NCBI GenBank assembly: GCA_965279565.1 | Contig: OZ257249.1 | Coordinates: forward strand, 791,850-855,849 | Direction of reading: 5' to 3' | Source of the DNA: Tagaea sp. | Lineage (GTDB): Bacteria; Pseudomonadota; Alphaproteobacteria; CACIAM-22H2 | DNA length: 64,000 nt | Shown: in pieces, positions 50,284 through 58,951 of the stretch | Layout: each line of letters starts with the position of its first letter | Numbering within the stretch: the first letter of the stretch is position 1 | Translations under genes and position numbers: made by a program | The notes under the pieces: generated by a model | Seen by the model: only the letters and a program-made list of their open reading frames with translations | The model's database searches: none | Told to the model about the DNA's origin: nothing

Positions 50284-50984
50284 ATGAAGAAAATCCGGAA
50301 GTCTGCGGCACAGGCGCTCGATGGCCTGCTGTTCGACGGGATGAAGATCGCAGCGGGCGGTTCGGCCTGTGCGGCATCCCCGAGCTGCTGATCGCGGCGA
50401 TCCGCGACGCCGGCACGAAGAACCTGACCGTCGCCTCGAACAATGCGGGCGTGGACGGCTTTGGCCTCGGCATCCTGCTCGGCACGCACCAGATCAAGAA
50501 GATGGTCTCGTCCTATGTGGGCGAAAACGCGGAATTCATGCGCCAGTACCTCTCCGGCGAACTCGAGCTCGAATTCAATCCGCAGGGCACGCTGGCCGAG
50601 CGTATGCGCGCGGGCGGTGCCGGCATTCCCGGCTTCTACACGCGCACCGGCGTGGGCACCGTGATCGCCGAGGGCAAGGAGCACAAGGAGTTCGACGGCC
50701 AGACCTACATCCTGGAGCGCGCGTTCGTCGCCGACCTTTCCATCGTCAAGGCGTGGAAGGCCGATCCGTCGGGCAATCTCGTGTTCCGCAAGGCGGCGCG
50801 CAATTTCAATCCGCCGGCCGCGACCTGCGGCAAGGTCTGCGTCGCCGAGGTGGAGGAGATCGTGCCGCTCGGCTCGCTCGATCCCGACCACATCCACCTG
50901 CCCGGCATCTACGTGCACCGCATCGTGCAGGGCAAGCATGAGAAGCGCATCGAACAGCGCACAACCCGCAAGCGCGCGGCCTGA
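50284..50984 (+). pseudogene. scoA: 3-oxoacid CoA-transferase subunit A, frameshifted as sequenced
   Basis: ATG 50284 gives [26 protein letters not shown]; 'FGLCGIPE...SNNAG...PQGTLAER' continues in another frame; one base missing at ~50360. Confidence 0.85.
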
Positions 50985-50995
50985 GGAGAGAGACG

Positions 50996-51625
50996 ATGCC
51001 CTGGAACCGCGATCAGATGGCGGCGCGCGCCGCGAAGGAACTGCAGGACGGCTGGTACGTCAATCTCGGGATCGGCATCCCGACGCTGGTGTCCAACTAC
51101 ATCCCCGAAGGTATCGAGGTCACGCTGCAGTCGGAGAACGGCATGCTCGGCATGGGGCCGTTCCCGTTCGAGGGCGAGGAAGACCCCGACCTGATCAACG
51201 CCGGCAAGCAGACGATCACCGAGCTGCCGCAGACCTCGTTCTTCGATTCCGCGACCAGCTTCGCGATGATCCGCGGCGGCAAGATCGCCATGGCCATCCT
51301 CGGCGCCATGGAAGTGTCGGAGACCGGCGACCTCGCCAACTGGATGATCCCCGGCAAGCTCGTCAAGGGCATGGGCGGGGCGATGGACCTGGTCGCCGGC
51401 GTGGGCCGCGTGGTGGTGGTGATGGACCACACCAACAAGGCCGGCGAATCGAAGGTCCTCAAGTCGTGCTCGCTGCCGCTGACCGGCAAGGGCGTGGTCA
51501 ACCGGATCATCACGAATCTCGGCGTGCTCGACGTGGTGCCCGGCGGGCTGAAGCTCGTCGAGCTGGCCGACGGCGTGAGCGAAGCCGATTTCCGCAAGGC
51601 GACCGAAGCAAAACTCGTCGCCTGA
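50996..51625 (+). CDS. scoB: 3-oxoacid CoA-transferase subunit B
   Basis: 'VNLGIGIPT', 'LQSENG', 'DLINAGK', 'GDLANW', 'GMGGAMDL'. Confidence 0.95.
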   Translation: MPWNRDQMAARAAKELQDGWYVNLGIGIPTLVSNYIPEGIEVTLQSENGMLGMGPFPFEGEEDPDLINAGKQTITELPQTSFFDSATSFAMIRGGKIAMAILGAMEVSETGDLANWMIPGKLVKGMGGAMDLVAGVGRVVVVMDHTNKAGESKVLKSCSLPLTGKGVVNRIITNLGVLDVVPGGLKLVELADGVSEADFRKATEAKLVA

Positions 51626-51690
51626 CCGCAAAAATCCGCGCGCGGGTGCCCGGGCTGGGTTAACCTCCGGTCCGAGAGGATTCAGCCTGC

Positions 51691-52635
51691 ATGTTCGAGG
51701 TGACTTGGCGCCGGTACCGGGGCCTGCCCGGCCCGGTTCAGGGTGCCGTCCTGATGGTCGTCGCCGCCGTCGCCTTCGCGGGGATGAACATCATCATCCG
51801 CGCGATGAGCTTCGAGCTCCACCCGTTCCAGATCTCGTTCTTCCGCGTCGTGATCGGCGTCGCGTTCATGATGCCCTGGGTGATGCGCGTGGGCATCGGC
51901 GCCCTCGCCACCGCCAGCCACAAGCTCTATCTGAGCCGCTCGCTGCTCGGCTACGCCTCGATGCTGTGCTGGTTCACCGGCCTCGCGAGCCTCGAGATCG
52001 CCGAGGCGACGGCGCTGGGCTTCACCTCGCCGCTCTTCGCGACCGCCGCCGCAGCCCTGCTGCTGGGCGAGGTCGTGCGCGCAAGGCGCTGGACGGCCAC
52101 GCTCGTCGGGCTGACCGGTGCGATGATCGTGATCCGGCCCGGCTTCGGCGACGATCTCCAGCTCGCCCATATCCTTGTTCTTCTCTCGGCCGCACTGGGC
52201 GGCTGGAACGCGATCACGGTCAAGCAGCTCACGCGCACCGACAATCCGAACGTCATCATCGTCTACATGTCGCTCTACATGCTGCCGTTCGCACTGGTCC
52301 CGGCCCTGTTCGTCTGGCGCTGGCCGTCGGTCGACGCGTTGCTGCTGACCGCCCTGCTCGGCGTGTGCGCCACGATCGGCCACCAGTGTTTCACGCGCGC
52401 GATGGCGGCGTGCGAGGCGTCCTACGTGCTGCCGTTCGAGTTCGCGCGCCTGCCGATCTCGGCCGTCATGGCCTATTTCATCTTCGCCGAGCAGCCCGAC
52501 ATCTGGACCTGGATCGGCGGCAGCGTGATCATCGGCTCGACCTTCTACATCGCCCAGCGCGAGGCCTATATCGCGCGCAAGGCCCGCGAGCTGGGCCGCG
52601 AGCCGCCGGTGCGAAAACCCGAGCCGCCCGCATGA
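51691..52635 (+). CDS. DMT/EamA transporter 1
   Basis: About 10 TM helices; 'FQISFFR', 'LLGEVV..RRW.A', 'IRPG', 'PFEF'. Confidence 0.88.
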   Translation: MFEVTWRRYRGLPGPVQGAVLMVVAAVAFAGMNIIIRAMSFELHPFQISFFRVVIGVAFMMPWVMRVGIGALATASHKLYLSRSLLGYASMLCWFTGLASLEIAEATALGFTSPLFATAAAALLLGEVVRARRWTATLVGLTGAMIVIRPGFGDDLQLAHILVLLSAALGGWNAITVKQLTRTDNPNVIIVYMSLYMLPFALVPALFVWRWPSVDALLLTALLGVCATIGHQCFTRAMAACEASYVLPFEFARLPISAVMAYFIFAEQPDIWTWIGGSVIIGSTFYIAQREAYIARKARELGREPPVRKPEPPA

Positions 52636-53519
52636 ACGAGGCCGGAAGGCGCAATCTCGAAGGTGCCTTGTGGATGATCGCCTCGGGCATCGTCTTCTCG
52701 GCGCAGAACGCGATCGTCAAGCAGCTCGGCACGCGGCTCGATTCCTTCGAGATCGCCTTCTTCCGCTGCGTGTTCGGGCTGGCGGTCGTGCTGCCCTTCG
52801 TGTTCCACGGCGGCACGGGCCTGTTCCTGACCGGAAGGCCGGGGCTGCACATCGTGCGTGCGCTGGTCGGCGTGTCGGGCATGTTCTGCGGCATGTACGC
52901 GGTCACGCACCTGCCGCTCGCCGACGCCACCGCCATTTCGTTCGCCAAGCCGCTGTTCGCGGTGCTGCTCGCCGCGACGTTCCTTGGCGAGAGCGTGGGC
53001 TGGCGGCGCTGGTCGGCCACGGCCGCGGGCTTCGTGGGCGTTGTCGTCATCGTGCGGCCGGGGTCGGACATGTTCGACTTCGCGCACGTCGCCGCCCTGC
53101 TCGGCGCGTTCCTGATCGCCGACGTGATCGTGCTGGTGAAGAAGCTGCAGGGCAGCGAGCGCAACGCGACGATCATGGCCTATTTCGGCATCGTCACGTC
53201 GATCGCCAGCGCCATCCCCGCCTTCTTCGTCTGGATCACGCCGACCTGGGCGGAGCTCGCACTGCTCGCCTGCATCGGGGTTTCGGCGAGCACGGGGCAG
53301 TGGATGGCGCTGAAGGCGTATCGCGCGGCCGAGGCGTCGGCCGTCGTGCCGTTCGACTATATGCGCCTGGTCTTCGCGATCCTCTATGGCTGGCTGTTCT
53401 TCGCCGAGATCCCCGACCACTGGACGCTGGCGGGGTCGGCCATCCTGATCGGCGCCACGCTCTACATCGCCTATCGCGAGATCCGGCTCGGCAAGATGCC
53501 GGGCCCGGGCGGGGCGTGA
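52632..53519 (+). CDS. DMT/EamA transporter 2
   Basis: ATG overlaps previous stop; 'FEIAFFR', 'LGESVGWRRW.A', 'PFDYMRL'. Confidence 0.88.
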   Translation: MNEAGRRNLEGALWMIASGIVFSAQNAIVKQLGTRLDSFEIAFFRCVFGLAVVLPFVFHGGTGLFLTGRPGLHIVRALVGVSGMFCGMYAVTHLPLADATAISFAKPLFAVLLAATFLGESVGWRRWSATAAGFVGVVVIVRPGSDMFDFAHVAALLGAFLIADVIVLVKKLQGSERNATIMAYFGIVTSIASAIPAFFVWITPTWAELALLACIGVSASTGQWMALKAYRAAEASAVVPFDYMRLVFAILYGWLFFAEIPDHWTLAGSAILIGATLYIAYREIRLGKMPGPGGA

Positions 53520-54430
53520 TGTTCGCAAGGCTTTCCGACTGGGCGCATTCGCTTCCCGGCAACGCGCGCGGCTGCATCTGGGCCTTCGCGTCGATGTTCA
53601 TCTTCGGGCTGATGGAAGCGACGATCAAGTCGATGGGCACGTCGATGCACCCGCTGCAGATCGCGTTCTTCCGCTGCATGTTCGCCTTCGTGTTCATCGC
53701 CCCCATCGTGCTGGGCCTCGGCGGCTTCGCGCGCGTGGCCACGCAGCGCTTCGGCGCGCATTTCGCGCGCACGCTGCTGGGCTACACCGCGATGGCGACG
53801 GGCTTCATCGCGCTCACGCACATGCCGATCGCCGACGCGGTGGCGCTGGGCTATGTGCGCCAGCTCTTCCTCGTCGTGCTCGCCGTGACGATGCTGGGCG
53901 AGATCGTGCGCTGGCGGCGCTGGACGGCGACGGCCGTGGGGTTCCTCGGCGTGGTCGTGATGGTGCGCCCGGGTGCGGGTGTGCTCGATCCGTACGCGTT
54001 CGTGGCGTTGGCCAGCGGCTTCTTCGTCGCGTGCGTGACGGTGGCGATGAAGCGCCTGAGCGAGACCGAGAGTGCCGAAGCCACCGTGTTCTGGTTCAGC
54101 ACGTTCTCGACGGTCGTGTCGTTCGTTCCGGCACTTACCGTGTGGCGCTGGCCGGAGCCGACCGAATGGGTCTGGGCGGCCGCACTCGGCGTGATGGGGG
54201 CCGGCGGGCAGTTCTGCGCCATGCGCGCCTACCGGATCGCCGAGGCGACGGCGGTCGAACCGGTCGATTACGGGCGCATGGTGATGGCCGCGATCTTCGG
54301 CGTGTTCGTCTTCGGCGAGACGCTCGACATGTACACGCTGACCGGCGCCGCGATCATCGTGGCGAGCACGCTCTATATCGCGCGGCGCGAAGCCGCACTC
54401 GGCGTCAGGACCAGACCGCCGTCAGGCTGA
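53519..54430 (+). CDS. DMT/EamA transporter 3
   Basis: TGATG coupling; 'LQIAFFR', 'LGEIVRWRRW.A', 'PVDYGR'. Confidence 0.88.
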   Translation: MFARLSDWAHSLPGNARGCIWAFASMFIFGLMEATIKSMGTSMHPLQIAFFRCMFAFVFIAPIVLGLGGFARVATQRFGAHFARTLLGYTAMATGFIALTHMPIADAVALGYVRQLFLVVLAVTMLGEIVRWRRWTATAVGFLGVVVMVRPGAGVLDPYAFVALASGFFVACVTVAMKRLSETESAEATVFWFSTFSTVVSFVPALTVWRWPEPTEWVWAAALGVMGAGGQFCAMRAYRIAEATAVEPVDYGRMVMAAIFGVFVFGETLDMYTLTGAAIIVASTLYIARREAALGVRTRPPSG

Positions 54431-54857
54431 GGGCGAGCGGCAGGATCGCGAGGGCCGCCAGCGGCCGGCGCAGCTGCAGGTACCAGCGCGGGAACCGGCC
54501 GGCGGCGACGGCGCGCATGTCCACGACGAACGCCGCCCAGTGCCCGACGATCAGCAGGATCAGCGCCGGGGCCGGATCCATCCACACGGCGGCAAGCCAG
54601 CCGAGCAGGGCCGGCGCCACGCTCCAGCCGAGCACGGGCCAGTCCTGCTGGTCGGGGCTGGCGAGTGCCCGGCCCCAGTGGACGGCGCCCAGGAACGACA
54701 GGATCACGGCGGCGTAGGAAAGCTGCGCAGCCAGTGCAAAACCCGCCTCGGGTGCGGGCCCCCAGACGCCCGGCAGGGCAAGCCAGAACGGCAGCAGCCC
54801 GGCAAAGCCGAGCCAGCGCGCGGCGCGCGGAACCTCGGACAGGGAGAATGCGGTCAT
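54405..54857 (-). CDS. DUF3429 membrane protein
   Basis: 'LGFAGLLPF', 'YAAVILSFLGAVHWG', 'P.WYL.LR..L'. Confidence 0.88.
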   Translation of the reverse strand: MTAFSLSEVPRAARWLGFAGLLPFWLALPGVWGPAPEAGFALAAQLSYAAVILSFLGAVHWGRALASPDQQDWPVLGWSVAPALLGWLAAVWMDPAPALILLIVGHWAAFVVDMRAVAAGRFPRWYLQLRRPLAALAILPLALSLTAVWS

Positions 54858-54925
54858 TGGCGGCCTTCGGGGAATCCGCTACGAGGGAGCTGGAAACTGG
54901 ACCGCCCGGAAGAAGGAATCAAGCC

Positions 54926-55687
54926 ATGGAAATTCGCGGCGAAGCGGCGATCGTCACCGGCGGCGGATCGGGACTGGGCGAAGGGACGGCGCGGGCACTG
55001 GCCAAGGCCGGTGCGAAGGTCGCGGTGTTCGACGTCAACCCCGAAGCGGCCAAGCGCGTGGCGGAGGAGATCGGCGGCATCGCGCTTTTCTGCGACGTGT
55101 CGTCGGCCGACGCCGCGGCGGCCTGCATCAAGAAGGCGCGCGAGACGCACGGGGCCGCGCGCGTGCTGGTCAACTGTGCGGGCATCGCACCGGCCGCGCG
55201 CATCGTCGGCAAGGACGGGCCGATGGCGCTCGACGCGTTCCGCCGCACGATCGAGATCAACCTGATCGGCACCTTCAACATGATGCGGCTTGCGGCTGCC
55301 GACATGCAGACCCTGCCCGCGAACGCCGAAGGCGAGCGCGGCCTGATCGTGATGACCGCATCCGTCGCCGCGTTCGAAGGCCAGATCGGTCAGGCGGGTT
55401 ATGCCGCATCGAAGGGCGGTGTCGCCGCCCTGACGCTGCCGGCCGCACGCGAATTCGCGAAGGCGGGGATCCGCGTGATGACCATCGCCCCCGGCCTGTT
55501 CGGCACGCCGATGCTGCTGGGCATGCCGCAGATGGTGCAGGACAGCCTTGCCGCACAGGTGCCGTTCCCGTCGCGCTTCGGCCGGGCGGACGAGTATGCG
55601 TCGCTGGTGATGCATTTCCTTTCCAACACGATGCTGAACGGCGAGACCGTGCGCCTCGACGGCGCCATCCGCATGGGCCCCAAATGA
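54926..55687 (+). CDS. 3-hydroxyacyl-CoA dehydrogenase type II-like SDR
   Basis: 'TGGGSGLG', 'NCAGI', 'ASVAAFEGQIGQAGYAASKGG', 'GETVRLDGAIRM'. Confidence 0.92.
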   Translation: MEIRGEAAIVTGGGSGLGEGTARALAKAGAKVAVFDVNPEAAKRVAEEIGGIALFCDVSSADAAAACIKKARETHGAARVLVNCAGIAPAARIVGKDGPMALDAFRRTIEINLIGTFNMMRLAAADMQTLPANAEGERGLIVMTASVAAFEGQIGQAGYAASKGGVAALTLPAAREFAKAGIRVMTIAPGLFGTPMLLGMPQMVQDSLAAQVPFPSRFGRADEYASLVMHFLSNTMLNGETVRLDGAIRMGPK

Positions 55688-56277
55688 CGCTGCGCAACCG
55701 CGTCACGCCCTTCTCGACGATCGAGGCAGACCCGGCGCGCGGCCTGTTCATGGGCAATCGCGGCTGCCTGCACGGCGAACACCGCAATCTCGAGGTCGAG
55801 ACGACGCGCGAGAAGCGCTGGCTGATCTGCCAGCTCAATTTCAAGGGCCGCAAGCGGCGCATCATGTGGCCCGGCCACTATACCGAGCTGTTCTTCCTCG
55901 ACGAGGCGACCGCATTCGCCGCCGGCCATCGCCCCTGCGCGGAATGCCGGCGTGCGGCCTATGACAGTTTCCTCAAACTGTGGCCCGGCAAGAAGGCCGA
56001 CGCGACCAAGCTCGACAACGCGTTGGCGAGCGAGCGCCGCCGCCCGTGGCCGGCGACCTTCGCCGAACTGCCCGATGGCGCCATGTACGCGCGCGACGAA
56101 GCGGCCTTCCTCAAATGGAACGGCAAGGCGTGGCGCTGGAGCCATACGGGCTACACGCCGGCCGAAATCCCCGAAGGCGACGTCGCGGCGCTCACGCCCG
56201 AAGGCACGGTCGAGGTGCTGCGCGCCGGGTACAAGCCGCTCGTGCATCCGAGTGCGCGGTTGGACCCCTCACCCTAG
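55684..56277 (+). CDS. Conserved hypothetical protein with Ada-like CxxC metal motif
   Basis: 'NRVTPF', 'MGNRGCLH', 'YTELFFLDEATAFAAGHRPCAECRR', 'LPDG', 'GY.P.VHPS'. Confidence 0.7.
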   Translation: MTLRNRVTPFSTIEADPARGLFMGNRGCLHGEHRNLEVETTREKRWLICQLNFKGRKRRIMWPGHYTELFFLDEATAFAAGHRPCAECRRAAYDSFLKLWPGKKADATKLDNALASERRRPWPATFAELPDGAMYARDEAAFLKWNGKAWRWSHTGYTPAEIPEGDVAALTPEGTVEVLRAGYKPLVHPSARLDPSP

Positions 56278-56345
56278 CCCTCTCCCCGGAGGGGAGAGGG
56301 GATGGCTTCCCTCTCCCGCTTGCGGGAGAGGGTTAGGGTGAGGGT
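56265..56345. repeat. Inverted doublet of REP-like palindromic units
   Basis: ccctcaccctagccctctcccc-ggag-gggagaggg ... ccctctcccgcttgcgggagagggttagggtgaggg: two inverted copies, each with an internal hairpin. Confidence 0.8.
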
Positions 56346-56638
56346 GAGGACTTCGCCACCCCATCCATGAACTTCGCCAGCTCGATATCCCGCTTCGTCA
56401 GCCCGCCGGCATCGTGCGTGGCGAGAACGACATCGACCTTGTTGTAGACGTTGAACCACTCGGGATGGTGGTCCATCTTCTCGGCCTTCAGCGCCACGCG
56501 CGTCATGAAGGCGAAGGCCGCGTTGAAGTCCGCGAACTTGTAGGATTTCGCGATCGCGTCGCGGTCGGGCAGTTCGGCCCAGCCGTCGAGTGCGGCAAGG
56601 GCATCATTGCGCGCGGGCCCGGTCAGTCGTTCGGCCAT
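56333..56638 (-). CDS. phhB: Pterin-4-alpha-carbinolamine dehydratase
   Basis: 'F.DFNAAF.FM', '[10 protein letters not shown]', 'THDAGGLT..D'. Confidence 0.95.
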   Translation of the reverse strand: MAERLTGPARNDALAALDGWAELPDRDAIAKSYKFADFNAAFAFMTRVALKAEKMDHHPEWFNVYNKVDVVLATHDAGGLTKRDIELAKFMDGVAKSSPSP

Positions 56639-56697
56639 CCTCGGTCTCCCTGTCCGCTTTGCACGGACGCAGCGCCCGCGCTAGGCTCGAAAGCACC

Positions 56698-57099
56698 ATG
56701 TCCGAGCCTTCGCGTCCAGCCCCCGACCTCGCCGAAATCGAACGCCTTGCCGAGAAGGCCGTCGCGACGATCCCGGCCGAGCTGCGAAAGCACACCGGCG
56801 ACATCGTGCTGCGCGTCGAAGAGTTCTGCGACGAGGAGACCGAGAAGGAGATGGACCTGGAGAGCCCGTGGGAGCTGATGGGCCTCTATCGCGGCGTCGA
56901 CATGCTCCGCGATTCGACGGCGAGCGTGCGCACGCAGCCCGACATGATCTTCCTCTATCGCCGCCCGCTGCTCGACTACTGGTGCGAGTCGGGCGAGGAC
57001 CTCTACACGCTGGTGCGCCACGTGATGATCCACGAGATCGGCCATCATTTCGGTTTCTCCGACGACGACATGGAACATCTGGAGTCCCTGACGGAATGA
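56698..57099 (+). CDS. Zincin-like metallopeptidase (DUF1025)
   Basis: 'LMGLY.G', 'PD.I.LYRRP', 'HEIGHHFG.SD'. Confidence 0.9.
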   Translation: MSEPSRPAPDLAEIERLAEKAVATIPAELRKHTGDIVLRVEEFCDEETEKEMDLESPWELMGLYRGVDMLRDSTASVRTQPDMIFLYRRPLLDYWCESGEDLYTLVRHVMIHEIGHHFGFSDDDMEHLESLTE

Positions 57100-57551
57100 G
57101 CGACGAGAACGGCGGCGACGTCCCTTCGAAGGCGGATCTCGAACTGGTCGAGGCGGCGCGTGCGGCGATCGCACGTCTCTATGCCGAGAACCGCCACCAT
57201 ATCGGCTCGGCGCTGCGCACGCGCTCGGGCCGGGTCTACACGGCCGTGCATCTCGACACCTATGTCGGGCGCGCGTCGGTCTGCGCCGAGGCCGTGGCCC
57301 TGGGCCGCGCCATCGCCGAGGGCGAGAGCGACATCGAAACCATCGTGTCGGTCCGCCACCCCCGCCCGGCCGAGTCCGACCGCACGATCCGGATCGTCAG
57401 CCCGTGCGGCATCTGCCGGGAAATGCTTTCGGATTTCGCCCCGGGCTCGCGGGTCATCGTGCCGGGCGAGGACGGGCCGGTCGGGGTGCCCGTGGATGTC
57501 CTTCTGCCGCGCAAATATTCCGTCCCCAAGCGTCGAAATCCCCGGAATTGA
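57096..57551 (+). CDS. Cytidine deaminase family, blasticidin S deaminase (Bsr)-like
   Basis: Three-Cys Zn site 'CAE' and 'SPCGICRE'; 'DLELVE', 'HHIGSA', 'VRHP....DRTIRIVS', 'LLP.KY'. Confidence 0.85.
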   Translation: MSDENGGDVPSKADLELVEAARAAIARLYAENRHHIGSALRTRSGRVYTAVHLDTYVGRASVCAEAVALGRAIAEGESDIETIVSVRHPRPAESDRTIRIVSPCGICREMLSDFAPGSRVIVPGEDGPVGVPVDVLLPRKYSVPKRRNPRN

Positions 57552-57595
57552 ACACATTTTTTAGTGTTTTCAACGGCTTGGCGGAAGTCGTCGAG

Positions 57596-57622
57596 TTGAC
57601 CAATTAACGAATCTGGTATAAT
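57596..57622 (+). promoter_or_regulatory. Sigma70-type promoter with extended -10
   Basis: TTGACC(57596-601)-15 nt-TATAAT(57617-22) preceded by TGn; IHF-like site TTTCAACGGCTTG at 57568-80. Confidence 0.6.
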
Positions 57623-57694
57623 ATTCTTTAAATTCGCTTCGATGTTGTGCAGTTCGAGAATCTAGCCTATCTGACTAAAAAGAAAGGCCAGCCA

Positions 57695-57940
57695 ATGTTC
57701 GGCCGCCAGAGGAATGCAATGGCACTACCACCGAGACCAGGCATGCCGGGAAAGCCCGGAGCCGCTGCAACGTCCAAGATGCCGATCGGCACGCTCGTCG
57801 TGACCGGCCAGACCTGCCCCGAAAGCGGGATCTGGGAAAGCCAGGGCACGCCATCGGGCCGCTCGTCCTTCCCGAAGGGCACGCGCATGCCGGCGTACGA
57901 CAAGAAGTCGTGCGTGTGGAAGCTCGTCCGCTACCCGTAA
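57695..57940 (+). CDS. Small hypothetical protein with YjzC-like motif (81 aa)
   Basis: ATG with aaagg RBS; 'TGQTCPESGIW', 'F.KG..MP', 'VWKLV'; GC3-rich codons. Confidence 0.6.
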   Translation: MFGRQRNAMALPPRPGMPGKPGAAATSKMPIGTLVVTGQTCPESGIWESQGTPSGRSSFPKGTRMPAYDKKSCVWKLVRYP

Positions 57941-57956
57941 GACGGAGCCGGCATCT

Positions 57957-58073
57957 ATGCGCCTTCTCGCACTCGCCATCCTGGCACTGACCCTCGGCGT
58001 CGCCGGCCTGCAGATGATGGCCGAAGACGGCAAGGCCCGCGCGCAAGCACCGGCTGCACTCCAGGGCGAATAA
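57957..58073 (+). CDS. Small putative secreted/membrane peptide (38 aa), below ORF-track cutoff
   Basis: GGAG RBS; MRLLALAILALTLGVAGLQMMAEDGKARAQAPAALQGE*; ends just before the terminator. Confidence 0.5.
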   Translation: MRLLALAILALTLGVAGLQMMAEDGKARAQAPAALQGE

Positions 58074-58091
58074 CGCCGCAGGCTTCAAACG

Positions 58092-58136
58092 AAAAACGGG
58101 CGGGATCGGAAAAACCGGTCCCGCCCGTTTTCTTTT
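58092..58136. terminator. Bidirectional intrinsic terminator
   Basis: aaaaacgggcgggatcgg-aaaaa-ccggtcccgcccgttttctttt between convergent genes. Confidence 0.88.
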
Positions 58137-58150
58137 GGTGCGCCGGATCG

Positions 58151-58927
58151 CTACTTGCGCGCGACCATCAGCTTCTTGATCTCGGCGATCGCCTTGGCCG
58201 GGTTCAGCCCCTTCGGGCACGTCTTCGTGCAGTTCATGATCGTGTGGCAGCGATAGAGGCGGAACGGATCCTCGAGATTGTCGAGCCGTTCGCCCGTCGC
58301 CTCGTCGCGGCTGTCGGCGATCCAGCGATAGGCCTGCAGGAGCACGGCGGGGCCGAGATAGCGGTCGCCGTTCCACCAGTAGCTCGGGCAGCTTGTCGAG
58401 CAGCAGAAGCACAGGATGCATTCCCACATGCCGTCGAGCTTGGAACGCTCTTCCGGGCTCTGCGGGCGCTCGCGGTCGGGCGGCGGCGTCTCGCTCTTCA
58501 GCCACGGCTCGATCGAGCGCAGCTGCGCGTAGGCCAGCGTCAGGTCGGGGACCAGGTCCTTGATGACCGGCATGTGCGGCAGCGGATAGATCTTCACGTC
58601 GCCGGCGCACTCGTCGATGCCCTTGGTGCAGGCCAGCGTGTTCGTGCCGTCGATGTTCATCGCGCACGAACCGCACACGCCTTCGCGGCACGAGCGGCGG
58701 AAGGTGAGTGTGGGGTCGATCTCGTTCTTGATCTTGATCAGCGCGTCGAGAACCATCGGCGCGGTCTGGTCGAGATCGAGCGTGTAGACGTCCACCCGCG
58801 GATTGGCGCCCGTGTCCGGGTCCCAGCGGTAGATCTTGAACGTCTTGGTCCGCTTGGCGCCCGCGGGCGGCGGGAACGTCTTGCCGGTCTGGACCGTCGA
58901 GTTGGCGGGAAGCGTGAATTCGGCCAT
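58151..58927 (-). CDS. sdhB: Succinate dehydrogenase iron-sulfur subunit
   Basis: '[15 protein letters not shown]', '[12 protein letters not shown]', '[12 protein letters not shown]'. Confidence 0.98.
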   Translation of the reverse strand: MAEFTLPANSTVQTGKTFPPPAGAKRTKTFKIYRWDPDTGANPRVDVYTLDLDQTAPMVLDALIKIKNEIDPTLTFRRSCREGVCGSCAMNIDGTNTLACTKGIDECAGDVKIYPLPHMPVIKDLVPDLTLAYAQLRSIEPWLKSETPPPDRERPQSPEERSKLDGMWECILCFCCSTSCPSYWWNGDRYLGPAVLLQAYRWIADSRDEATGERLDNLEDPFRLYRCHTIMNCTKTCPKGLNPAKAIAEIKKLMVARK

Positions 58928-58951
58928 GGGAGCAGCTCAGCCTTTCGGGGA

